From positions 118,487-182,486 of the forward strand of contig RHPI01001428.1 in NCBI GenBank assembly GCA_009103225.1: a stretch of DNA of 64,000 nt. The letters are read 5' to 3'. The position numbers and the translations under genes were made by a program. Under the pieces are notes generated by a model. It was given only the letters and a program-made list of their open reading frames with translations. It made no database searches and was not told the DNA's origin. Positions 48,197 to 60,186 of this stretch are shown here, piece after piece (the first letter of the stretch is position 1; each line of letters opens with the position of its first letter). Origin of the DNA: Chlorokybus atmophyticus. Its lineage: Eukaryota; Plantae; Mesostigma and Chlorokybus algae.

Positions 48197-50304
48197 ATGG
48201 GCGGGATCCTGCATTTCGGTCTGCCTGTGGGCGGCAGCTGGGGTGGCAAGGATGGTCCGTCGGGCAGCAGTTCCTCAGCCCGCAGAGGAGGCTGCTCCAG
48301 CGAGCGGGCGGCTTCCAGGAGGTCGTCAACGTCGACAGCGGCTCGCCTCGGTGCGATGGACAGCCAGCGCAGGCCGCAGTGGTCGCTACTCGCCGCAGGA
48401 GCGGGAGGAGGCGGCGCCTTGCTAGCTGAGAAGTCGACTCAGCTGCCGCTTGACGCCTGCGACGGAATCAGGTTGGGCACTGCCAAAAAGCTTGCGCAGC
48501 AATTCGCACTGTCACACATGGTCATTGCCACAATGAAACTAGTGACAGCAATGTTTCTTCAAGGCTAGCCTGTCACCAGCACTTGCCAGTTTGCTAGCTT
48601 GTAGCCGAGGACTTTGTCTTGTGGAAGTATCAATAGCATTGTGTGCTTTGCACAGGGACGAAGACAGTCCCGCCAGCACGTCCGGCAAGGCGTCTTCTTG
48701 GCCATTTGCTGTGCTTAGCCACATAGGTCAGAGCAAAGGGGTAGACGTGGGTGCAATTGTGCGCGAGCGGTCTACCGGCATCCCGTTTCCCAAGTCCCTG
48801 CATGACGACTGCGGCTCTGTGCAGGTTTGGACCCTGCACTCACGCACTGAGCATTGGCAGCTGCCTCCGTGCACTCCAATCTGCAACAGCGCCGTTATAT
48901 GCATCGTTTGTTGAGGTGCCCACATGGTGCCCAAAGCAACAGTATCTTCGTGTTGCGTGCGACAGATCCTTGGCGGTGTTGGCATGCGCGGGAAAAGTCT
49001 AGCGAAGCTGAAAACTATTAAGATCTATGCCTTTGGACTGTGTAAGTTGCCCGACAAGCCTCCCTCACATTGTGTGTGCTGAGACACCGCTGATGGCTTA
49101 ACTATGTGCGTCGCAAATCAATTTCGGTTGTATGTCAAAGCACGTTGCATGGTGTTGTGTTGGTGACGCTGCCGACATTTGCAGACATCGATCCAAAGAC
49201 TCTGGTTCGCGAGCTCGGCGCCAAGTATGCAGGCGCTGATCCGGCGTCGCTGAAGAACAGTGAAGCTTTCTACAAAGACCTTGTCAGGTGTGCAGCCCAG
49301 GTTGTTTTGAGAACCATTTGCCTGCAGCGATCACACTGCCTTTGGTACATGCTTGGACTTGCTACCTCTCGGCTCTGCTGCTGACTGGGTTGTCTCGCAG
49401 GCGCAATCTGGACATCAGTTTGCGGTTGGTCATCCATTACAATGGACTCAGCATGGGAGATGTACGCGGGTACGACTTGAGGCATGCTTGCATGTGTGGG
49501 ACACATGCATGTGGCGCTCGCTGTGGCTACATGTCTGCAACTTGTCATCGCTGGTGGTAACAAAGTTTGGGTTGCACAGGGTGTTTGAGAAGTCATTGAG
49601 AAAACGGCTTGTCAAGGTGAGAGATCATTGCGTTTTGGTATAGAGCAGTACTATTGCTGACAAAACTGCAAAGCCTGATAATACCGTTGTTTGCAGGTTG
49701 GTGGAAATGTCAACGGCCCAGACCTGAAAACGTTTGCAGGCATGTTTGATGAAACCATGAAGATTGGAAGGGTACGTTTTTAGCCGCAAAGCTTTAGATT
49801 CTGTAGTCCATTGCAGCCACTCCGTGTGGGTTCGCGGTGTTTACTGGTTCATTAGAACACGCATTCACATTGCTGTTGCCTTGGCTTTCATGTTGTTCGT
49901 TCACTTTATGCTTATCGAGTCATTGTGTCAGGGAACTACCATCACGTTTCGGTGCAGTTCAGGCCGCCTGACCACTCATGGTAAGCGGTGTTGACCAGTG
50001 TGTCTTGCATGTGCGCCTGCCCCCCGTGCTTGTTGACGTGGTAGAGGCTTTGCTGATGGGGTGTTGTTGCCACACAGTGAACGGCCGCAAGCTTGGCGTC
50101 ATCAACAGCGCACCTCTTTGCCGTAAGTTTGCTGTGCATTTAGAATTTTGGGCTCATGCAGCACCCGCGCACACCCATGTAAATGAGGCCAATGCAGGTG
50201 CGCTGCTGGATTTGTATGTTGGCGACCAGCCTACTAGCAAAGCCACCAAAGAGATGTTTGGACAGTCTGTGGCGATGCTCATCAAGGCCCATGCTTCCAG
50301 CTGA
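48197..50304 (+). CDS. Chalcone-isomerase-fold fatty-acid-binding protein (FAP1/FAP2-like), multi-exon; true start uncertain (47714 or 48197)
   Basis: Spliced exons give ERSTGIPFP, LGGVGMRGKSLAKLKTIKIYAFGL, LGAKYA, SLRLVIHY, FEKSLRKRL, GTTITF, VNGRKLGVINSAPLC, ALLDLYVGDQP...AHASS*. Confidence 0.85.
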
Positions 50305-51047
50305 CGTTGCGAGGGTACTTACACTCTGCTTCCCTCTGTGGATTTGGTATCCTCAGCACGTTGTTGTCATTCTTTCATTCCTTAGCTGCAACATTTTTGA
50401 GGCATATAGCCATGCCCCTTTGTACAGGACAGTATCTGCTTTCATGCGCCCTTTTATTGGTAAAGATGCGCAAGTGTTGACTACTGCGCGCATCGTGCAT
50501 TCCAAGAAACCTGTTACAGGTAGCTACTGTTAGCCTCTTAGTGTGTTACCTAGCAATGTATGCCGGAAGCCACTGTTGCATCGCAGCCATGGATTCAGTT
50601 CTCAAGAGCACTGCATTGTGATGCAGCAGGCTGTTTGGTCGCATATGTCCAATTGTCTGCGCACTGCGCATTTGTGACCTCATTCTCGGTACAGCCCAGA
50701 AGATATCAATCCTGTTAGCATTTGCATGCCGCTTTGATTATGGGTGATGGCCAACCACTCGTGGGTTTGAGCAAAGCTTTGCATGCAGTTGTCTCAACAA
50801 CTCCTGTGAGTGTCTGTGCTGGTAGTGCATGCATGCGTGTGCTTGTGGTTGGTGACCTGGTAAGCACATGCACTGCTGGTGTTACTGGTTGGTGTTAATT
50901 TGGCTTCCGTGCGTCGCATGGAAGCTGAGTACGAACCTCTGATATCATTGACATGCCTGCGTTGCTGTCAGTAAGTACACCATAAAGATGCCAGTCACTT
51001 GTACTGCTCAGTGGGTAAACTAGCAATCTGCGTTTACCCCCCCCCCC

Positions 51048-51550
51048 CCAATGCTCGAGATACGGCTCTACTACAGGCAAACATATCAACGAGGCATGCG
51101 CAATCATCCCACCTTCGCTCTTGATGCTAGCGATATCCGTAAGCTTGACCCCGTCAATCCACTCCATCACTAAAACCTGAGGACCTGTCAACTCCCGGTA
51201 GCACATGGGAATTTTCACATAGGGGTCATTCTTGAAGTTCCCATAGAAATCTAGCATGTTGCGCGCTTCCTGTGCAAACAATGTCAACAGTGTCAACAGT
51301 GGTATGCACATAATCATTGTCACATACCCAAGGATAATGACCCCAACGCACACCTGCACATAATCCAGCTCTTCCAGCAGCTTCTCACCAAACTCGTCGA
51401 CAATGAGCTGCAAAGACCGCGGACTGCTTAGCTCGCAAAGCTCTAGCATGGTCACTATACGAAATACCCAAACAGGCAAGAGACACATTGTTGCGGCTCA
51501 CCTGTGCATTGCACCCCAAGTGCTTCATTGAATACGAGTTCACTAATTGT
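51048..51550 (-). repeat. 503-bp duplicate of ABC1K1 internal exons/introns (44633-45135)
   Basis: Appears identical by eye; bounded by poly-C on the left and a single N (51551) on the right. Confidence 0.9.
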
Positions 51551-52188
51551 NGACAACCACAAAACAGCCCAGTGTCCACACTTATGAGCACACAATCTAC
51601 TGCCCGGACCGCCAGCCAGCAGCACCACGCTATGCTGCACATACGAACGACTCAACAACATTGCTTGATGACTGAGTCTGCATCATCACCACATGCATTG
51701 GCATATGCGTGGATGCTAGTGCAGGTGGTCGTGTGTGCAGAACTTGTGAGAGTTGCTTGTGTACTTTTGCAGTGAAGCGCACACAGCCTCGCGCTTATCC
51801 TGTACACACAAGCAAGGACTGGTCCAGGCCATCCGAAGTTTTACTCATACTGATGCATTGACAATGCTATGCTGATTGTCATCGGTATTATCCCTGAAGC
51901 ATGCCATCCCTTCGCACGAATACATCACCTGACCTCATCGTCATCAAGGCAATTTATCAGCTCCATCGCTCGACACATACCGGATAAAGCAAGCCAGCAT
52001 CATGGATGCAATGCTAACCACCACTGTACTGCCTGGCTTCAGCTGCTCATCAACAGCTTGTGCAGGCTGACAAAGAAATGCGCTGTGCTGCGTCTGATCG
52101 CTAAATTGCAACGGTTTGTTGCATCAAAGCAGGAACATCAGAGGCAAAGACCGGGAAGCCAACACCAGCGAGAACAGTTGTATGCGTG

Positions 52189-54181
52189 CTACTTGTGCTC
52201 GTTAAGGTACTCGTCCAGCATAGCATCCTCCTCTGCGAACGCACACGTTGCGCGTGAGCTCCGTGTACAAACCGTGCCAGCCAACAGCAACTTTGCATGG
52301 CATTTGTTGGTTGCAGAACGCACCTTCATCAAAGTCGTCCGGGTTGAACTCCTCCTCATCGTCGTCGAGCTCTTCCTCGCCCGCAAGCTGCAAGGGACAC
52401 ATGCGTGCGTGCACACAGCAATCATACATCAACATATGTAGGCAGGGGGTGGACTGATCGCGAATCGACAATCACAATGACTGCTTGCGTGGCTGTGGAT
52501 ACGGGCACTTACCGCCGCTCCCTTATTCGTTTCAAACCATTTTCGCCCTGTCGTGACCTTTCCTTTCACGGCCGAGCCAGTGGCAAGCCTGCGCGACGCA
52601 CACTCGAAGCCGTGAGACGAGGTCGGCCACGCAAGGAACATGCTTTATGAACACACGCCCCCCGTGGCGGATGAGAGCACGCACTTTGCCCTTTCGAGTG
52701 CAGCCTCCGCTTCAAACCGCGTGCTCCACGACGCAAACGTCTCAGGCGTGACTTGCGTCCCATGCCGCCTCGCTTCCTCCTACAATAAGGTTACAACATC
52801 AACAAACAAATAAACCAACACGACGCACCACCGCGACCCAAGAGTGGCTCTTGCTTACCAGCTTCTGTGCTTCGAGCTCTGCGGCTCTTGCGGCGGCGTC
52901 CACCTCGTCCAGGCGTTCGGGGTTAAACTTCTCGCGAAGCCAATCTTTGGCAAGAGACACCAGGCTAAAGACCATAGCCATACCTAAACTCTTCTCAACC
53001 TTTGCGAGGACGCAGAATCAACGCACGTGTCAGCAACAACCATATGTACACTATCTTGATCCAACAACGCGTCACACCTCTTCGCTAACTAGCCGCTGCA
53101 GCTCCTCTGCCTCGTTTGAACTCGCACCCTTCAAACTGGCACAATAGTAGCGCCGCGGATCAGAACCACACCACACGTTGCGCTCGCAATCAGTTGCAAC
53201 AGTGCACAACACAGCGCAGCAGAGTGTGCACGCACCTGCGTATTTTTATGATGGGCGGCTCGTCGGGGTAGTTGGGCGTGTGCGCGAAGATGAACGCCAT
53301 ACGAACTGGTCATTGCAACATGAGACTTGATACACCCGTGCGCACACAACACACACATGACACGCAACTTTGCTCACCAGGTATTTCTGTGGGCTCGTCC
53401 TCGTCATCATTCTGCACCCCAACACCAAAAAGAGGTTGATGACGAACAGTGTGTCACCGGTAAGGGCCCCGCATAGTATACACAACGTGTGAGACACACT
53501 CACTTGCCTTTGGTGAGAGCGTGATCTGGAAGCACCTGCCCTCTCCTTTCAGCGCATCCGTGCTCTGCGGGTCGATCTCTGCACACATGAAGAGCCCTCA
53601 GCACGTCCACGCGACTGCTATGAACTGCATGTGCGACGATGTGCATGCAATTGCAGGCAGTGCTGCTGCTGAACAACTCGAACGGTACTGCTGCTGCTGG
53701 TGTGCTCTCATCACATTGTTGCGTTGTGAAGATGATGACGCATGCACCTTGTAGGTCGTCCATGAGTATGGCCTGCAGTGCCTCAATCTCCATCTCCTGC
53801 TCCGCAGCATGCGCCTCGTCTGCACGCGCGCTCGTCCATGTGTTGATAACAAACAGACGTGCACAAAGCGGGGTGGGATAAGCATGTCGCATAACGACAA
53901 TGCCTTGATTACTGCTACTACTACTGCTTCATTGCTACTCAACCGGGCATGCTTGCGTTTGCAGTGTCCAGTGATTCTCTCCAGTCCTGTATGCGCAGCT
54001 GCACGTCACACAGACACCAAACAACACTCCGCCTGCCGACGTCTTCAACTAGCACATACCGATTGACTGACTGTGTGAGCGGAACCTAGCAGCTGCGCGA
54101 TAGATTGAGAGACAGGCAGCTGCAGATGATGAGCGCGTGCATTCATGCTTGTCAAGCACACGTGTTTCTCTCACCCGCCAT
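52189..54181 (-). CDS. RWD-domain protein (RWDD1/GIR2/DFRP2-like), multi-exon
   Basis: MADEAHAAEQEMEIEALQAILMDD, FAHTPNYPDEPP, LGMAMVFSLV...KDWL, HGTQVTPETFASW...F, TGRKWFE, acidic tail ending EYLNEHK*. Confidence 0.9.
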
Positions 54182-54532
54182 GGCGCCGACTGACGGCAGG
54201 GCACGTAAGAACTCACTCAATCACTCAACCAAGCAATCAGCGACCAGCAGCCGCAGCAGCCATCGGCGCAGCCATGCTACTACTACTCGATGAGGTTGCC
54301 CCTAACCCCCACGCTCCGCCGCCGTAGCTAAATCCCCACATACACACGGAGAGGCTGCCGGACGCCTCGCCCCGCCGCCGCCGCCGCCGCCGCCGCCGCC
54401 CGCACTCCTCCTGTCGAGTTCAACCCTACTGCACTCAGTGTGCAGGCGGAGGCGGAGGCGGAGGCGGAGGCGGTAGGAGAGCTCGTGCGCGGCGGCTTCG
54501 TTGTGGGGAGAGAGAGAGAGAGAGGCAGCATC

Positions 54533-55801
54533 ATGGCTTGGAAGGGCATGGACCCACTCGCAGCAACGATCGACACAGACGACGATGAAGTCAGCGGCGA
54601 TGGCGACGACGACAAGGCGGAGGAGGAGGAGGAGGGAGGAGGAGGAGTTGGAGGCAAGCAGCAGCAGCAGCAGCAGCAGGTGGACAACAAAGACGGTGGG
54701 AGGGCAAGGAGCACTGCTCTCTCGTTCGCGGTCTAAACGACTCATCATATCATGCACTCACATTCTGACCGTTGCAAATCCGTCTCCGTTGAGTTAGTTT
54801 GCTCGCTCATGCCCGTGTTGTGTGTATGCCGTGGTCACATCGTTCGTTACGGCACTTGTTGTCGGCTCTCCTTCGCGGTTTGCAGCCTTGTGTTCGACGA
54901 TGTGTGGTCTCGTGCTGCACTGCGCAAACTCGCATGCAAGTACAACACCCCTCCCATGGGGACCACCAGTGTGCTACCCACTGTCAGCACACGCGTTGCT
55001 CGTATTGCGTACGTCGCCGATGGCTCAAGCCCTGTCGTTTGCGCACGATCGTGTCGAGTGACCGCGTGCACGCCCGCTAAAGCGTGATGCCACCGCGCAG
55101 ATGGCGTCAAGAGTGTCGGCAGCAAGAGCAAGCAGAAGGCTGGTTTAGACTTTGCTGCTCTCGCTCGTCACGGCTACAAGGGCGGTCCCTCCGTGCTGTA
55201 CGTGCCCGAGTCCAGCGCCGACAACCAGCAGACGGACTGGAACTGGTCCAAGGGAAGCAAGCGCAAGAAGGGGGAGGACCAGGACGAGGATGAGGAGAAG
55301 GAGGATGCGGACGAGCGAGAGAGGACGCGCGTCACGGCCAACGAGGGCGCAGAAGCGGTACGCATACTTTGACAACGATGTTTCCACACGTGTACGTTGT
55401 GACACGGGTTTGGTTGGATGGGCAGGCTGCGGCGTCTGCGCTTCAGCGCAAGGAGTACGCCATGAAGCTCAAGGAGGCGGCCATCGCGGAGAGCCGCGAG
55501 CGCAGGAAAGAGAGCTTCAACCAGAAGGAGAAGCGCAAAAGGGAACTCGGACAAGCGAGCCGCGCAAAAAACTACGTGCGTGAGCAGCGCATATGCACAG
55601 GCACACCTACGCTTGCCCCTGTGTCTCTGCGTGCATGTGCGCGTGTTCATGTGCGTGCGTGCGTGCGTGCACGCGTGCGTTTTGCTCTCTGCACAAGAGA
55701 CCCTCGGGCTGCTGAACAGACATGTGTGCCCTGGCCGTCCGCAGGTTGAGGAGGAGAAACGCGTTCAGAGGGGCTTTGGCATGTACAGCGGATTCGACTG
55801 A
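54533..55801 (+). CDS. Small uncharacterised charged protein, 4 exons
   Basis: Clean GT-AG exons: MAWKGMDPL..., LDFAALARHGYKGGPSVL...WNWSKG, SFNQKEKRKRELGQASRAKNY, VEEEKR...MYSGFD*. From memory it resembles a conserved plant protein of unknown function. Confidence 0.75.
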
Positions 55802-56752
55802 CTGAGCGGGGAAAGCGTGCCATGGGGCGACGCGAGTGCAAAGGTATCCGTCATGGAAACCCGCCCTTCTTCACGTGTACAGGCCATGGCGGTCGTGCCG
55901 CCATGCATGGTGGTGGGCAAGTTGTGCAACCAGGCATCCCAGACGGTTGGTCCGTCGCCCTGCGCACCGGCCCTTACAAGAGCTGCTTGTGGAGGCTTGC
56001 ATTAATCTAGCTCAGCGATTGAGGGGCAAGGCACTGTGTAGCCCATTGAGTACAGAGTCTCAACGCCAACATTAACAACATGCTCTTCCTTGGTTAGTTC
56101 AACGATGCTGTCCAAGCTGGGCCTGGCCATTGAGCAGAAACTTCGTCCATGTTGTTGTTGACAATGGACCAATTCACATTCCCTATACATGCTGGCAAGA
56201 GTGTGGAGTTGCAAAAGTCTATGAGGTGGTTAATCAACGTGTACGTGCATGTGACTTTTGCAATGACGTGCAGCACAGTCGTTGCTTGCGTGTGTATGTG
56301 TGCGTGTGCGTGTTGCACCAGCATTGCTTGAGTGCACAGCCATATACATGAATGCAATAGAAGTTGAAAGCGAACATGCAAGGTGGTTGGTAGCAGTTGT
56401 TAGTAGCGTTGAGTCGTGCACAATTGCGACTGCAACCCGGACTTGACTGCATGCGCGCGTGTACATACCATGTCGAGATCACAACAGCAACATGAACACG
56501 AGTAAGTTGTTGTTGTTTCACCAGACCACAGCTTGATGAAGCAAGGTGTGCTGCCACGCTTATGATAAAATGAAGCAGGCTTTCCCGGTACACGGGCAAC
56601 GTCCTCAAAGGCCAAGCTCACATGCTGCCAAGGGAGCTGCCGCGATGGGTCGGCCACACTCGACACGACGCATTGCCCACAGGATGAGGCCATGGCCATG
56701 GACGGTGCCCAGGGACGAAATGGCTGCCGACGGCCACCGCCGCTTCAGCCGT

Positions 56753-56784
<32 letters not shown>

Positions 56785-57089
56785 CCTTGGTTTCTTGTGT
56801 GTCCCATTGGCATTCGCATTGGCATTCGCATTCGCGTTGCCGCTCCGGTTTGTGTGCAGGCTGCAGCCCGCACGTCAGTGGATGTCATACTCCTCCTCTC
56901 TGATCTCAACTCTGCGGTGCGAGGCGCCTTGCCTTCTACGCACTGCATGCAGCAAGACATGTGCAGTGTGATCAACAAGCGCTGTACACAATTACGGATA
57001 TGGATGGATTGCTCATAACACGATCGTGCAGCTTGCCTTGCATGCCAGCGATCCGACACAGTCCCTATGTGTAGTGGGTAGCAAGGCCT

Positions 57090-58490
57090 TTTCATGTCGT
57101 TGTTGTACCTTCTGTACAACGCAATTAGTGCATCGAGATGCGCTTTCTTGAGGTATAGTTGCCCACACAATACGTGTGACCACTTGTGCGCAGACAGTAA
57201 GAGAATCACGCACTGCGCACAGTTGGTTGACGTGCTCGGTGTGGTTGGCGAAGGTGCATGGCTGGACCAGGTACATATCCGCTCACGATGTCGTTAACAT
57301 CACAACCTGCCTTGAGTCAGAGCCACTCAGACATGCTGTGCTGTCCTGCTGTGGACTGAATGCGTGTGCACGTATGGCGTGCATGGGTACGCGTGTGCGT
57401 GCGTGCGTGCGTGCGTGCACACATGTGCGTATGGTAGTGAGTTCAACAGCACGACTGTGTGTTGGTTGTGACATGTGCAGGTCGATGCAGCGAGGCTGGC
57501 GCAAGTGTGCCGCGAAGCGCGCGACATAGTGCGTGACTTCATCAGGCCATGGCGCGACATCCTATGCACGGCGGAGCAGTTTGTGGTTTTATGTGGCTTC
57601 CGCGCACGCTCCTGCATGCGCGGATTGACGGTTGTTGTGACCGACCCGGCCGTGTGCGCCAACAAGTGGCATGGTGTGAGAGAGATGTGGAGGCTTGAAA
57701 CTCTTTGAGTCGAGTTCAAACCCTTCCTCTTCAACCCTAAACTTGACCTGATCGAGCAGTTGATCCTCAAGCCGATGGATTGGATGATGATACAACCCCT
57801 CTTTATTTAACTCGAGCGCTGCGCGAGCCAAATGCCTGATTGCTACATTGTGGACTTCACCCCCCAACAGGGGAAGACCAACATCAAGCATCTAACGTTG
57901 GACCTGCACCGCCACCGTCCGAACAATGTTGTTGATGAGTTTAACCAATACGTCCATCCTCGAGACAAGGAGGTTCACGTATTGGGTTAGGGGACACTCC
58001 ACCTGTTGGAAACGGTCACGCATGTGAGCGCCTTTCCGGTTGCAATTAAATCAAACAACACGCGGTTGAAGACGCTTTGCCTCGGCTGCACCCGCGGGAT
58101 CACAATGCATCTGATGCCCCAAAGCAGCATCCAAGCGGCTTTATCTAAGCTGGAGTTTGTCATGATCGGCCGCGCACATGTGTCCCCTTATATGGATTCG
58201 ATGACTCGCTGGTTCGTTTGCGTGTGAAGGACTGTGAAACTGGTGCTTTTTGCTTTATCATGGTGAAGACCCGCCTCCACCCATTGATACGTGTTCTTTC
58301 TTTTTTTCTTATTGCGACGTTCACCGTTGACAGATCCGGCTTGCCCACTTTGAGATACAACTTTAATGAGATGATCACCCAACATGCAGGTGAGTCATTG
58401 AGGTTATATCATGAAAACGTTGAGCAGCTTGCATTCAGCAAGTGCGGCAAAGATTTAAGGGAGGCCGACACGCGCCTGAACGGTTTATAA
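57090..58490 (+). pseudogene. Unidentified decayed coding-like region
   Basis: One plausible GT-AG intron (~57270-57480) and a long frame broken by two stops and frameshifts; no family recognised. Confidence 0.3.
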
Positions 58491-59539
58491 GGGTATAAGA
58501 ATGACCATATATGGCAATGCTTTGTTGAGAAGTTTACAGTGACGCATGATTGCGACAGCAATTGAAGGACGTATTATCTGCGGTTGCGAGCTCACTACAA
58601 CCCTTGACTTTGTGCTGCTAATCGTGTCGCGTACTAAGGTGGAGTCATATCGACTTGCAGCTTGCACATGCATGAGCAACTTCTTACGTATGTTGTACAA
58701 AACCGTTTTGTACACTAATTATTGATTGTCCTATGCTGGCATAGTCAGCTGCACGCAACCGACTGCCCCTGCATGTTGTACATACTAGTAGATGGTGTGT
58801 GAGTTTACTTAATTTACAAGGTGCCGAACCAGACAGCGTGCTCATGTAATTGCATAATCGGCGGCTTTCCTTAATAATTTAATGGCTAGTGTTTTATTTA
58901 TAACTATTCTGTGCCAGGGCAGTCTATGCGAGGGCAAACTGCCCTTGCATAGAGTCAGCATCCATGTCGCTCGACTTCAAGCATCATCCGTCCGCACATG
59001 GTAAACACCTTGGTGCTGTCTGGCTAGTGCATGCTCCATTGCAAGGAGCAACCCCGCATGCGCATATCAACCATGATGCTCTTTGCAGCAAATGCCGCAG
59101 CTGCCCCGACAGCAACATGCCGATCGCTGAGGGGAGCACCCAGGGCCCGACAAGCTTACAGAGGACTACTGCATAGTAAGTGGGATTTAAGCAACACAGT
59201 GAATGTATCTCCTTGAAATGTATGTAAAGCCATAGCAATAAACAAAGACTCACTCGTATAAACACGGAATCCATGCAACATCACGATGCGTTGCACAAGA
59301 TATCAAGCATCTATCTCTTGCTGAAGTTGATGGCGTTTTTTGCTTTCGATCATCGCCTCCACGCATGGTGTAAAATGGAGGTATCCGGAGACTCCGTCTC
59401 GGAGTAAGCGTACACAACGTATAACAGATGTCATGTACATGGGCATATGAACATGTTATTATAAGGGTACACATCACATAACAGATGTCATGTACATGGG
59501 CATATAAACATGCTGAAATATGCGCACGGAACTTGCATA

Positions 59540-59864
59540 CCGTATTCACCCGATCAGAGCCCCCTCGTTTTAACACAGCCCCCCTCCCTAATAATGAAGA
59601 GGGTATTCTAGTAAAGGGGCCCTTCTGTCAATCAAGGGGGGCTGTATTTGGCCGCAATATGGTGCCGACAATACCATATGTCGGCCACTGGGTATTTTAG
59701 CCTAATTTACGATATTCTGGCCAGTTTTATGCCATTCTAGCCCGTTATAGGGGGCAAAGGGGGGTTGTATACGAAAAGGGGGGCCTGCTCATGTAAACAT
59801 AACCCCTCTCCCAAAACCATGGGGGGTGCACTAATAGAGTGGGGTTTCAACCGGGTAAGTACAA
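59540..59864. mobile_element. Putative ~325-bp MITE (Tc1/mariner-pogo-like)
   Basis: Imperfect TIRs CCGTATTCACCCGATCAGAGCCCC vs TTGTACTTACCCGGTTGAAACCCC (reverse complement of the right end); TA on both flanks. Confidence 0.45.
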
Positions 59865-60186
59865 TATCCCGGCCCGTTACATGCATGCACACGGCTAAAG
59901 CGAATAGTCATGGTACACGTGTAACAGGCATAACCATGATCGTCGACAAGTTGATTACAACAGCTAACAGTGTGGAGTGGCAAGGGAGACCAAACGCTCT
60001 GCAACAAGCGGCCAAGTGCAGATATTTCCACATGGCACATGTGCCTAGTGCCGTGAGTTTGACACATAGAGTAACGCGACACCACACTGCACGCTGTGTG
60101 ACGCGCGCTGGCAAGTGCAGACCAGAAAAAGTCGACGCAGCATACAGCAGACAGCGGCGGCGGCAGTGGCGGTGAGGGTCAGGATC

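Noticed and set aside
57480-58250. DEDDh exonuclease resemblance
   Set aside because: Only loose similarity; catalytic acidic residues could not be placed.
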